DNA from: a virus
Taxonomy: Duplodnaviria; Caudoviricetes
Strand: one strand, 5' to 3'
DNA length: 41,892 nucleotides
IMG/VR virus record: IMGVR_UViG_3300040985_001119
Span: 1 to 41,892 of that record
Under the pieces are notes generated by a model that did not search any database, was not told the DNA's origin, and saw nothing but the letters and a program-made list of their open reading frames with translations. Position 1 is the first letter of the stretch, and each line of letters opens with the position of its first letter. Both the position numbers and the translations under genes were made by a program. Shown piece after piece: positions 1 through 8,022 of this stretch.

Positions 1-1
1 G

Positions 2-1603
2 TCTGCGGTGGGGGCGGGGGTCGGCTCTCTTGCGAGACTTGGAATAGGTAATCTCTTAGGTGCGGACACTGATTTCGGAGAAGGACTCGGGCGAGTTGCC
101 ACGGATGTAGCGTTAGACGCTTCTCTCACTCTGGGAATGATGGGTGCAGGAGGGCTTTTGAAGTCAGTCGGAAAGAATGCGCTGTTCACAGAATCTCTTG
201 AAGCTCCGTTCAAAAATGTTATAGATCTTGAGAGCATGAGGATGCGCCCCATGTTTAAGGCCGAGGGAGCAGACCTTCCTATAACATCTCTTACCGAAAG
301 CCCTTTAGTAGGTATTATGCGTGGAGGGTCGGCACGAACCCTTGGAGGAACAGAGATCATAGCCGCAGAGGATAGGTTGGCAGAAGAGGCCCTCCTTCGG
401 ATAGTTAAAGATTATAGTTCTAAAGTCACTCCCAAAGGATCATTGGACCGGAGTGCTATCGGGGCGTTTGCCCATGATGGTTTTGCTCTTGCCCGTAAGG
501 GTTTTCAGGGGGAAGCGGGGCAACGATTCGATGCTCTCTTGTCCAAGATAGGCGATGACGCGGTTCGTCCTACTAAGGCCGTGGCATATCTCCAAGAGAT
601 ACTTGAGGGACATGGTTTGATAGACTCTGCCGGGAAGCCTACCAGACAGGTTAGCCCTATGAAGAGTTCCGGCCTTGAATTACTCCTCAAGGATTTTAAC
701 CACCTCAAGAGAGGCAAGTTCACGTATAAGATGTTAAAAGTCGAAAGAACTCTTACCCGGAGGAAAGGCAAAGGCGATAGTGATGTCTCTGAGATTCTTC
801 AAGGTCTTGAGTCTGCTTTGACCGATGACATGCTTGACAATGCCAGTAGGATAGCAACACGAAGAGACGATATGGGGCTTATCAAAGAGGTTATTGACCT
901 GAACCAATGGTATCGCCAGAAGAAGACTTTGTTTGATGGCAGCGATGTTTCTAAGATCTTTAAGAATGATGATCCCTCACAGGTGGTTAAGAAATTATTT
1001 TCTGGGAATAATGTTGACAGGATCAAACGTGCAAAGGAAGCTCTCGACCCCGTTCATTTTGATTTCATGGCACGACAATGGTTAGACGATATAGTTACGA
1101 AATCAACGAAGAGTACAGAGTTTCAGGAAACCTTTAATCCCGTTCAGTTCGCTAATCATTTAAGGACAGCCGGAGATGATGTGGTCTCCGAAGCGTTCGG
1201 AAAGAAAGCTCAGTTTCTTTTTGATATCCGTGATGCAGGCTTGGCTCTCCAGAGAGGAAAGTCGCGTCAGGTGACTCCCTTGATAACTGCTTCCTGGATG
1301 AGGGATATCTTGAAATTGATTACACACCCTATCGAGGGAGCTTTTGAGGTCGTAAAGGGAAGCCGGACAGCAAAAGCACTTGTCTCTGAAGAGGGCAAGA
1401 ACTTCGCCACCACCGGCGCAACTAATTCCTTACTGAAGGGCCTTGCTACGGCAACGAGTCCAGCGGGCCAGGGCATACGAGGATTGGGCGAGATGTTGAA
1501 AAACAGTGCGCCTCTCGCTCCAAGTTTTCCCTTCCTACTTGAACTGTTGTCTAAGCAAGCACCAGAGTTCCAATCCGCACCATCGGACGCAACCAATCAA
1601 TAG
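2..1603 (+). CDS. C-terminal part of large DNA ejection/internal virion protein (continues from 41275-41892 across the circular junction)
   Basis: Frame is open from base 2. Gly/Ala-rich start (SAVGAGVGSLARLG) continues ...GPVGAIEG from the window end. Helical 530-aa body, last of three large genes after the tail module, as for podovirus ejection proteins. Confidence 0.65.
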   Translation, partial: SAVGAGVGSLARLGIGNLLGADTDFGEGLGRVATDVALDASLTLGMMGAGGLLKSVGKNALFTESLEAPFKNVIDLESMRMRPMFKAEGADLPITSLTESPLVGIMRGGSARTLGGTEIIAAEDRLAEEALLRIVKDYSSKVTPKGSLDRSAIGAFAHDGFALARKGFQGEAGQRFDALLSKIGDDAVRPTKAVAYLQEILEGHGLIDSAGKPTRQVSPMKSSGLELLLKDFNHLKRGKFTYKMLKVERTLTRRKGKGDSDVSEILQGLESALTDDMLDNASRIATRRDDMGLIKEVIDLNQWYRQKKTLFDGSDVSKIFKNDDPSQVVKKLFSGNNVDRIKRAKEALDPVHFDFMARQWLDDIVTKSTKSTEFQETFNPVQFANHLRTAGDDVVSEAFGKKAQFLFDIRDAGLALQRGKSRQVTPLITASWMRDILKLITHPIEGAFEVVKGSRTAKALVSEEGKNFATTGATNSLLKGLATATSPAGQGIRGLGEMLKNSAPLAPSFPFLLELLSKQAPEFQSAPSDATNQ

Positions 1604-1612
1604 GAGACCATC

Positions 1613-1954
1613 ATGCAGAGCAGTCTTATTTTACGCAATTTAGATGTGGATCAAACGGGAGACATAGGGATCGCCGTGCCTTGTGCTTTGACAGGGTACT
1701 ACATCTCCAATCAGAACGCGGCAGTAATCTATGTGAAGTTCTACGACCAGGTGGCAGCGGCAGATGAGAATGATACTCCGGTTCTTACCCTTGCTATTCC
1801 TACAGCCTCAGCGGCTAATATGCCTTTGGATTCCCCGGCTGTATTCTTTAACGGTCTTGCTTTGAGGGCTACTACGGGCGTTGCTGATAATGATACCGGT
1901 GCGCCAGACGCTAACGATGTAGTAGCTAACATCTATTACAACGAGATTGCATAA
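1613..1954 (+). CDS. Small putative virion structural protein
   Basis: AGGAG RBS; 113 aa beta-rich, Ala/Asp/Thr-rich protein in the late module. Confidence 0.55.
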   Translation: MQSSLILRNLDVDQTGDIGIAVPCALTGYYISNQNAAVIYVKFYDQVAAADENDTPVLTLAIPTASAANMPLDSPAVFFNGLALRATTGVADNDTGAPDANDVVANIYYNEIA

Positions 1955-1963
1955 GGAATTACT

Positions 1964-2713
1964 ATGAGTCTTTCTTTGTTGGGAGTGGGGAATTCGGGAG
2001 GTGGGGCTGCTTCAAACGGCCTTCTTACGGACCTTCTCTCGTACTATAAGTTTGAGGAGACGTCTGGAACAAGGACCGACTCGCATGGAGACCGTCCTTT
2101 CGATGTGGTGACGAATGCTCCAGGGGTGGGGACGGGGATTAAAGACAATGCAATTGCCCTTGTACGAGCATCCGACCAGTGGGTGGGAAATAACGATGCT
2201 TCCAAGTGGACGGAATTCAACGGATCTGCCGTTGCTGCTTTTTCGCTGTGGGCAAGTAAAACCGGAAACTCTACGCAGTGGTTGTTTCGCTCGGAGAATG
2301 GTGGATCGGGGTGGCTATCGGTCAGCATCACAAATTCTGCAGGGGCGGCAAACTTCAAAGTAGAGGTAGATCCTTCGTCCTCCTGGGTTGCAACAACGAA
2401 CTCCCCTTTCCCAGCTTCAGGGTTAGCACACATCTGTGCGTCTTACGATGGTACTCAGCCTTCAGGTGTTGGACGAGTCAGGATATGGGTGAACGGCACT
2501 GAAGTGGGTACTGGAGATAAGTCGATGGCTGGAACTGTCCCGGCAGCATTGGACGCCACGATTGCCGGTAAAGTCAGTGTGGGTAGTTACTCAGGGGCGG
2601 CTTACGATGGATTGGTAGATGAGTTCGCCATCTGGAATCGAGTATTAACTCCCGACGATGTGGCCCTTCTTTACAATTCAGGTACGGGGCTTTTCTACGG
2701 CGACTTCTCTTAG
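1964..2713 (+). CDS. LamG/concanavalin A-like domain protein (putative receptor-binding/tail accessory)
   Basis: LLSYYKFEETSGTRTDS at the start and YDGLVDEFAIWNRVLTPDDVALLYNSG at the end are typical LamG-fold signatures. Confidence 0.85.
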   Translation: MSLSLLGVGNSGGGAASNGLLTDLLSYYKFEETSGTRTDSHGDRPFDVVTNAPGVGTGIKDNAIALVRASDQWVGNNDASKWTEFNGSAVAAFSLWASKTGNSTQWLFRSENGGSGWLSVSITNSAGAANFKVEVDPSSSWVATTNSPFPASGLAHICASYDGTQPSGVGRVRIWVNGTEVGTGDKSMAGTVPAALDATIAGKVSVGSYSGAAYDGLVDEFAIWNRVLTPDDVALLYNSGTGLFYGDFS

Positions 2714-2720
2714 GGGTAAA

Positions 2721-3038
2721 ATGAACGCACGAAAAAGGGCTACGGCAAACACAGAAGTCACCGCTCTTCAGGCACAGGTGAAGATAGAACAAGATCAATA
2801 CAAGACTCGGAGAACCGATCCGAGATTCCCACGGGGGAGATTCGCACGTCCCGACGAGCTTCCCCCGGCAAGGTCTTCTATTGTTACGGGAGTTCTAAAC
2901 GGCTACGAGTACAAGACGGTTCACCTCGGCTACTTCACGCATTACTCCTACGATGACAACGGGGTTGTCTACGAGAGGCAAACGTCCGAAGGGGCTTTAG
3001 ACCTGAGTTATGATTGGAGAGAGCGGGATGACGTATAA
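2721..3038 (+). CDS. Hypothetical protein
   Basis: ATG 2721 after AGGGG; tiles between flanking genes. Confidence 0.55.
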   Translation: MNARKRATANTEVTALQAQVKIEQDQYKTRRTDPRFPRGRFARPDELPPARSSIVTGVLNGYEYKTVHLGYFTHYSYDDNGVVYERQTSEGALDLSYDWRERDDV

Positions 3039-3399
3039 GATTCTCATCGTCGAGGACAACGAAGGCGTCTCAAAGGTCATGGGGGATCTTATTAAGTCCC
3101 ACGACCCTCGGGTGAAGATCGACAAGGTAGGAACGCTGGCGGACGCTACGCACTGTCTTCACGGTGGAGAGTACGATGCGGTTCTTCTGGATTTGAAACT
3201 ACCGGACTCAGACCCGGAATGCACGTATAGAAATGTGTCTTCTCTGACGGATGCACCTATAGTGGTACTGACTTCTCGGGTGGGCATGGACCCCATTATG
3301 AAAGCCCTCGGAATCAAATATCACGTAAAGCCTGACGCGATGGGAGCTGCCTCTTCCTTGGTGGCCGCGATGCGCTTTAGATATGGAGTAACGGGGTGA
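3028..3399 (+). CDS. Stand-alone response-regulator receiver (REC, CheY-like) domain protein
   Basis: KILIVEDN acidic pocket, AVLLDLKLPD phospho-acceptor Asp, PIVVLTS conserved Thr, VKP conserved Lys; no output domain. Confidence 0.85.
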   Translation: MTYKILIVEDNEGVSKVMGDLIKSHDPRVKIDKVGTLADATHCLHGGEYDAVLLDLKLPDSDPECTYRNVSSLTDAPIVVLTSRVGMDPIMKALGIKYHVKPDAMGAASSLVAAMRFRYGVTG

Positions 3400-3755
3400 A
3401 TGAAAAGGATAATGGGTCAAGTACCCGGATCATCGTAGACATGGTTAAGGAGATCGTTGAGAAACAGGGGGATGAGATACAGGAACTTCGGGAGAAGATC
3501 ATCGTCCTGGAGCAAAACTCTCTCGACGAGGACTTGAAGTTCAATGTAAAGAGGGTTACTGAGGCGTTTGAGCGCGACGACCTGTATAACGTGATCTACG
3601 GAGCAAGAGACCTACATAAGAAGATAAAGGACGACAGGTGGACCGAGACCCTGAATGCGAGTAAGAGAATGCAGAAGTATATCTCTATCATCGGCACAAC
3701 TGTCGCTGCCTCTATCGGGACTGCGGCGTGGTCTTACTTCCAGTCCTTGCCTTAG
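3396..3755 (+). CDS. Coiled-coil protein with C-terminal membrane anchor (holin/XhlA-like candidate)
   Basis: GTGA overlap with the REC gene; charged coiled-coil followed by hydrophobic ISIIGTTVAASIGTAAWSYF. Confidence 0.5.
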   Translation: MNEKDNGSSTRIIVDMVKEIVEKQGDEIQELREKIIVLEQNSLDEDLKFNVKRVTEAFERDDLYNVIYGARDLHKKIKDDRWTETLNASKRMQKYISIIGTTVAASIGTAAWSYFQSLP

Positions 3756-3883
3756 TCATCTTCCATTGACCACCAACTAAAGCCCGCGCCTATCGCACCT
3801 ATCATTACATAGAAATAATCGCCTTTTACGGCCCAGTAGACAACGTTTGCGGCGTTAAGCATTAGGAGGATCTTCCAGAACAT
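3752..3883 (-). CDS. Small two-TM membrane protein (43 aa, not in ORF track)
   Basis: MFWKILLMLNAANVVYWAVKGDYFYVMIGAIGAGFSWWSMEDD; TGATG coupling with the upstream gene and AGGAG RBS. Confidence 0.55.
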   Translation of the reverse strand: MFWKILLMLNAANVVYWAVKGDYFYVMIGAIGAGFSWWSMEDD

Positions 3884-4086
3884 CAGTCTTCTCCTTTGTT
3901 GTAGCCCATCTCAGACTCAAGGGCTTCTTCAAGGTAGTCGCGCTTCTTGAGATCGATAAAGTTTCTTGTCTCAATCTCTGCCGTTATTAGTAAGATGGCG
4001 AGTGCGGTCCACCCTCCCGTCTCTAGGAATACGGCATAGATCAACAGTAGGGTCAAGGTCCAGCGGAAGTACGTCGGTGCATTCAT
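3883..4086 (-). CDS. Small membrane protein
   Basis: Two hydrophobic stretches then a charged tail; ATGA overlap. Confidence 0.55.
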   Translation of the reverse strand: MNAPTYFRWTLTLLLIYAVFLETGGWTALAILLITAEIETRNFIDLKKRDYLEEALESEMGYNKGED

Positions 4087-4316
4087 GATTCACCTTCCGC
4101 ATCGTAGATAGTGATTGAATCCTCAGTTAGAGATGGATGGGGCATCAAAGACGTGGAAGGACATTTCCGCAAGAGGACATAATCTTCTCCTCTTCTATTG
4201 GCGACATAGGCGCGGTGTTCACCGCTTTTAGCTCCTTCCCAGGCATCGGATAAATCGGAGCAAAGTAGTAAGACGTCTTTATAACTCAGTTTCTTAGTAC
4301 AATTAATGATTTCCAT
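4083..4316 (-). CDS. Hypothetical protein
   Basis: GGAG RBS, coupled to the downstream gene. Confidence 0.55.
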   Translation of the reverse strand: MEIINCTKKLSYKDVLLLCSDLSDAWEGAKSGEHRAYVANRRGEDYVLLRKCPSTSLMPHPSLTEDSITIYDAEGES

Positions 4317-4329
4317 TTAGGAGTCTCCA

Positions 4330-4653
4330 ATGTTCAACTTCGGTTCGTTTGTCAAGAAGGCTGCGGGAACGGCATTAAGCACAGCTATCAACGCCTCCCC
4401 CCTCTCTGCCGTAGTAAGTGGCGATGTCATCGCTAACGCAGCGTTGGGCCTTGCCAAGGAGCAAGACACCTCAGAGACGTCTATCATCTCGGAGGTCGTA
4501 GGCTTCGTCACCGATGTGATACAGCTCGGAACGATTGTGAAGATGGCAAGAGCGGACGGCAAGGTGACGCCTATCGAGACGGCTATCATCCTTGACGCTG
4601 TGGAAGAACTCGTAGAGAGCGGCAAGCGCATCCTCGGCAAGTTTAGGGGTTGA
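4330..4653 (+). CDS. Hypothetical protein lying antisense inside the minus-strand operon (possible membrane/lysis accessory)
   Basis: AGGAG RBS 6 nt upstream; protein-like composition including ADGKVTPIETAIILDAV. Confidence 0.6.
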   Translation: MFNFGSFVKKAAGTALSTAINASPLSAVVSGDVIANAALGLAKEQDTSETSIISEVVGFVTDVIQLGTIVKMARADGKVTPIETAIILDAVEELVESGKRILGKFRG

Positions 4654-5221
4654 GTTGTCGTCGCAATTTCCCGAGGTCAACTTGTGTGATGAATATGTCA
4701 TACAACGGCCCTCTCATCGCACTGCGGGAGTTCTCGTCAAGATGCGGGTTCATAATAAAATCTACTAACATCAAAAGATCTTTCTCGGAGAACTTAATAT
4801 GCACCGCTTCTTCCGCAACAACGGCTCGACTCTCATCGGCCTCATCATCTTGTTCGGCATGGCCGTCGTCCTCTACAGTCTCTTCAGTAGTATCTGAGTA
4901 AGTGAATCCTCCTGGCTTCTCATTGTTTACGATTGTGTTCCCGGTAAAGATTACACGTGGAGTCTCTTCTTCTCCATCTAAAGGGGTAAGGGCGTCAAGT
5001 CGCTGGAAGATTGCGTTATCCCTCTCTGAGTGCCAATCGGCGTGATCGTTCATTTTCTCGGCTTGCCCGACCAGTAGTTCCAGAACACGCGTGTAGTGGG
5101 CGGTGAGGGACTTGAGTTGCTTCTCCTGGGCTATGTTTTCTCTCTCGGCACAATGGTACAGCGCAAATAGGTCCGCAAACTTCTCTCCATCGGATTGTTG
5201 CATGAACTCTCTTGTTGTCAT
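4643..5221 (-). CDS. Hypothetical acidic protein
   Basis: 192-aa ORF, ATGA overlap with the upstream gene. Confidence 0.6.
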   Translation of the reverse strand: MTTREFMQQSDGEKFADLFALYHCAERENIAQEKQLKSLTAHYTRVLELLVGQAEKMNDHADWHSERDNAIFQRLDALTPLDGEEETPRVIFTGNTIVNNEKPGGFTYSDTTEETVEDDGHAEQDDEADESRAVVAEEAVHIKFSEKDLLMLVDFIMNPHLDENSRSAMRGPLYDIFITQVDLGKLRRQLNP

Positions 5222-5525
5222 CCCGATTCTCCTTGTCTTGTTGTTTCATTTCGGCCTGTATCGTGGGTGGCTGGCGAGGATGCCCGGTCCGTGGTGGAGT
5301 GAGCATTTTTACGCCGTTCTCCTTCTCTATGCTCTCCCACTATTTGATTTATCCAGTACTCTACAATGGGTACTCGTAACCGTTGTTCTATCGATTGCAT
5401 TAGACGATTTATTTCAACACATACGCCGACTGAGCGATCCCAATTACCGCTCCTGGCTACATCTTCGCACTTGGTACTGGAGTTCGTGGCTTCAGTGGAA
5501 ACTGGGGTTAGGTGACCGCCCGTAG
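5202..5525 (+). CDS. Putative multi-TM membrane protein antisense to the minus-strand operon
   Basis: Three hydrophobic segments, Trp-rich, IALDDLFQH; weak RBS. Confidence 0.45.
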   Translation: MNSLVVIPILLVLLFHFGLYRGWLARMPGPWWSEHFYAVLLLYALPLFDLSSTLQWVLVTVVLSIALDDLFQHIRRLSDPNYRSWLHLRTWYWSSWLQWKLGLGDRP

Positions 5526-5637
5526 CGTAGCAAGCGGGGCAAAACCAGTATCTTCTATTGTAGAGTTTTCCACGGAACACTCTACGGAACTTCCTCAGAT
5601 ACTTAGGCCCTCCGCAAGTATTACACAAGTCACTCAT
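5218..5637 (-). CDS. Zn-ribbon protein with long C-terminal extension
   Basis: CNTC...CPAC in the first 37 aa; GGGGTG RBS; stop overlaps the next ATG (ATGA). Confidence 0.5.
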   Translation of the reverse strand: MSDLCNTCGGPKYLRKFRRVFRGKLYNRRYWFCPACYATGGHLTPVSTEATNSSTKCEDVARSGNWDRSVGVCVEINRLMQSIEQRLRVPIVEYWINQIVGEHREGERRKNAHSTTDRASSPATHDTGRNETTRQGESG

Positions 5638-5640
5638 TGA

Positions 5641-5817
5641 TCACCCCCTCATTCTGTGTAGGATTTTACCTACTTGTTCCCATGTTGACTGGTGAGTAGG
5701 ATCTCTTTGATCTAAGGGGACTTCTCCTAACATCTCTTCAAGATGCCTGAGGGCATCCCCGAAATACTTGTACTCTTCTTCGGACATTTCAATCGCGAAA
5801 CTCTTCTTGATCTTCAT
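5641..5817 (-). CDS. Hypothetical protein
   Basis: GGAGG RBS, ATGA overlap. Confidence 0.55.
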   Translation of the reverse strand: MKIKKSFAIEMSEEEYKYFGDALRHLEEMLGEVPLDQRDPTHQSTWEQVGKILHRMRG

Positions 5818-5963
5818 CTCCCCTCCTTCGCCAAGTGCCATTCACCGCACCTCGGACACTCGTAAGCCTTCAGTTGTAGGTAGGAGGCGTGTGCGGCAGC
5901 TTTAGCCTCTTCCTTGGAATACGTGATCTTAGAACATTCACTCGTCGGAACTATTGTCTTCAC
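5814..5963 (-). CDS. Small Zn-finger protein
   Basis: CSKITYSKEEA...AYECPRCGEWHL, a common phage motif; GTG start with AGGAG. Confidence 0.6.
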   Translation of the reverse strand: MKTIVPTSECSKITYSKEEAKAAAHASYLQLKAYECPRCGEWHLAKEGR

Positions 5964-5973
5964 GGTATCTCCT

Positions 5974-6027
5974 AAAAGCCTGACCGAGGTTGAATCCAAG
6001 ACATGAATGACTTGCCCTCGGCCAGGC
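5974..6027 (-). terminator. Long hairpin/possible terminator after the endolysin
   Basis: Minus strand GCCTGGCCGAGG...CCTCGGTCAGGC followed by TTTT; the G-U pair is only possible on the minus strand. Confidence 0.4.
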
Positions 6028-6032
6028 GCGAA

Positions 6033-6416
6033 TTAGTAGCTCCAGATCGTAGGCCGTGGGCCTAACGTCTCGTAGTCCTCAAGGTTGTCGAGGTGAAGGA
6101 ATCTCCCCTCGCCGTTCTGCTTTATCCCGATGCCTGAGAAGCCGTGGTCCAGAGCAAGTGTAAGAAGTTTGTGGGCCTCTCCCCTGTTGACGACAACATC
6201 CACAGCTTTGCCTGAAGTATGAGGACCAGTGCGGCCGGTACTTGAGACCTTCTCGTTGTGATCGGGCGTCCTGTAACCACTTGATATAACCATCGGAGCA
6301 TTGTAGTCCTCTCGGAGGGCGATGAGTTTCGTCATGAAGATCTTGCTCATCTTGTGCTCGTTTGTGTCGGGTGATTCTAATTCCTTCTGACTGAAGTACG
6401 GATATTTCTCGTTCAT
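6033..6416 (-). CDS. Peptidase M15A family Zn-metallopeptidase (endolysin)
   Basis: ISSGYRTPDHN, HTSGKAVD and FLHLD motifs. Confidence 0.85.
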   Translation of the reverse strand: MNEKYPYFSQKELESPDTNEHKMSKIFMTKLIALREDYNAPMVISSGYRTPDHNEKVSSTGRTGPHTSGKAVDVVVNRGEAHKLLTLALDHGFSGIGIKQNGEGRFLHLDNLEDYETLGPRPTIWSY

Positions 6417-6427
6417 TCATCTTCTCC

Positions 6428-6613
6428 TCAGTATGCGAGGTCTCCGAACGCATCATAGTTCGGGTCACCCAGTTCTTCCGGTTGTATTATTGGGTCGAGT
6501 ATCACCTCTGAAAACTCATCGCAAGTACAATGATCGGCGTAGCACTTGCCTATGTCGTTGTGGTGTTCGTCCTTTCCGTGGCCGCATTCACACATATCAA
6601 TCTCCTTTACCAC
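6428..6613 (-). CDS. Small Cys/His metal-binding protein
   Basis: CECGHGKDEH...C...CTCDEF. Confidence 0.6.
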   Translation of the reverse strand: MVKEIDMCECGHGKDEHHNDIGKCYADHCTCDEFSEVILDPIIQPEELGDPNYDAFGDLAY

Positions 6614-6906
6614 GAATCAATGTCATCTTCCCCCGGCTTCGGAGCGTTCTCAAGGTTAGGATCTCGGACTATGAACTCGTCACAGCTACAGCAATGCGCC
6701 CCGTCAAACTCAGCTACACATCGGGTATAAGTAGGGGTGTAGTGGCGTCTCTTGTGTTCTCCGCATTCGCAAACTGGATAGTCAGAGTCCTGTAGCTTGA
6801 GCCGCGACTCAAGGTCATCCCACGCTATCGCCTTGTCTTCGTCAGGAGTATCACCGAATCCGGTCTTGAACTCCTTCATCTTCTTCAGCACACTTGACGG
6901 CTTCAT
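6607..6906 (-). CDS. Cys/His metal-binding protein, paralogue of 6428-6613
   Basis: CECGEHKRRH...C...CSCDEF. Confidence 0.6.
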   Translation of the reverse strand: MKPSSVLKKMKEFKTGFGDTPDEDKAIAWDDLESRLKLQDSDYPVCECGEHKRRHYTPTYTRCVAEFDGAHCCSCDEFIVRDPNLENAPKPGEDDIDSW

Positions 6907-7133
6907 CCGCTCATCCTCTCATCGTTAATACTCGGTCCGTAGTCCACGCCGTACTCCTCTTGATGTTTCCGACTGTCGGCCTCCGCTTTAGCGTCAAACT
7001 CGATGAAGCCGTCCATCCTCGCCACGGTGATCTCGTCTACGTCACAACTGAGGGCTTGTGCTACCTCGGCTGCGGTGACGTCGGCGGGGACAGTTTTTAG
7101 GTAGAAACCATTCCTACGGATTGTGGTACTCAT
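6903..7133 (-). CDS. Hypothetical protein
   Basis: GAGGAG RBS; ATGA overlaps on both sides. Confidence 0.55.
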   Translation of the reverse strand: MSTTIRRNGFYLKTVPADVTAAEVAQALSCDVDEITVARMDGFIEFDAKAEADSRKHQEEYGVDYGPSINDERMSG

Positions 7134-7327
7134 GATTTCTCCTCGGCATCAAAATCCCCCTCATCTATCAAGAAGTCGTGAACACGGTGAGAGACGGTGG
7201 AAGCGGACTTGAGTGCCTCTTCTTGCTGGCGCATATTCTTGTTTCCCCACAGCATCAGGGCTACGCGCTCCAGTTGATTCTCTGCCTCTATTACAAGTGC
7301 GTGGTTCTCGTTAAAGTACGTCTTCAT
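7130..7327 (-). CDS. Hypothetical protein
   Basis: MKTYFNENHAL start with GGAGG RBS. Confidence 0.55.
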   Translation of the reverse strand: MKTYFNENHALVIEAENQLERVALMLWGNKNMRQQEEALKSASTVSHRVHDFLIDEGDFDAEEKS

Positions 7328-7787
7328 CGTCAGCCTCCATCTTAAATAGGTTTGTAATAGGGAGCGAGGACTCTCGGAAGTCATTCTGGATAATCGCCTT
7401 GTCCCTGATAACCTTCGTGCCGTGATACCACACCGAAGGGTTGCCACGTACATGAGCGTGATCGCAGAGTTCATCGTCTGTCTGATTTGTGACAGTCTTG
7501 TATCTTCCTATGGGCCACCGGACAGTAACCCCCTCGGGAAACTCCACGGTCTTCGTTCCCCCTTTTGTTTTGTACTGTATGCTCGTCTGCTCTTTGCTTC
7601 TCCATGCTCCCGCTGTTATGCATTCAAACTTACGGGGGTCTTGTATCGCCCTTACGACAACGTGATGCCTACCTCTGCTCATTACTCCGCAGTGTAAACC
7701 TTGCTCTTGCAAGTAGGAGAGCTTGAGTTCGATCTCATCTCTCTTCTTCAGTACGGACGAGACTACGATTATATCTCCGTGTATCAT
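7311..7787 (-). CDS. Hypothetical protein
   Basis: MIHGDIIVV start with GGAG RBS and ATGA overlap. Confidence 0.55.
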   Translation of the reverse strand: MIHGDIIVVSSVLKKRDEIELKLSYLQEQGLHCGVMSRGRHHVVVRAIQDPRKFECITAGAWRSKEQTSIQYKTKGGTKTVEFPEGVTVRWPIGRYKTVTNQTDDELCDHAHVRGNPSVWYHGTKVIRDKAIIQNDFRESSLPITNLFKMEADDEDVL

Positions 7788-7945
7788 TTGATCTCCAGTA
7801 CGAGATGATTGAAGTATGCTCTGTTGAATACGATCCAGAGGTAGAGGAAGGCCGAAGCTACTAAAAGCACGTATGTTGACCAGCCGCACAACGACCATAC
7901 TACATGAACTTGCCTTCTCCATTTATCTTTCGTGTACAGGTTCAC
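7784..7945 (-). CDS. Small membrane protein (53 aa, not in ORF track)
   Basis: MNLYTKDKWRRQVHVVWSLCGWSTYVLLVASAFLYLWIVF...; GTGA and ATGA overlaps tile the gap exactly. Confidence 0.5.
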   Translation of the reverse strand: MNLYTKDKWRRQVHVVWSLCGWSTYVLLVASAFLYLWIVFNRAYFNHLVLEIK

Positions 7946-8022
7946 AGTAGTCTCCCGAGGAAATAGAAGATTACGGCTACGGCAATTACTAAGGCTACGT
8001 CACCCCAGAACTCGCGTCTCAT
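7942..8022 (-). CDS. 26-aa single-TM peptide
   Basis: MRREFWGDVALVIAVAVIFYFLGRLL; TGATG coupling to ERF with GAGGT RBS. Confidence 0.5.
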   Translation of the reverse strand: MRREFWGDVALVIAVAVIFYFLGRLL

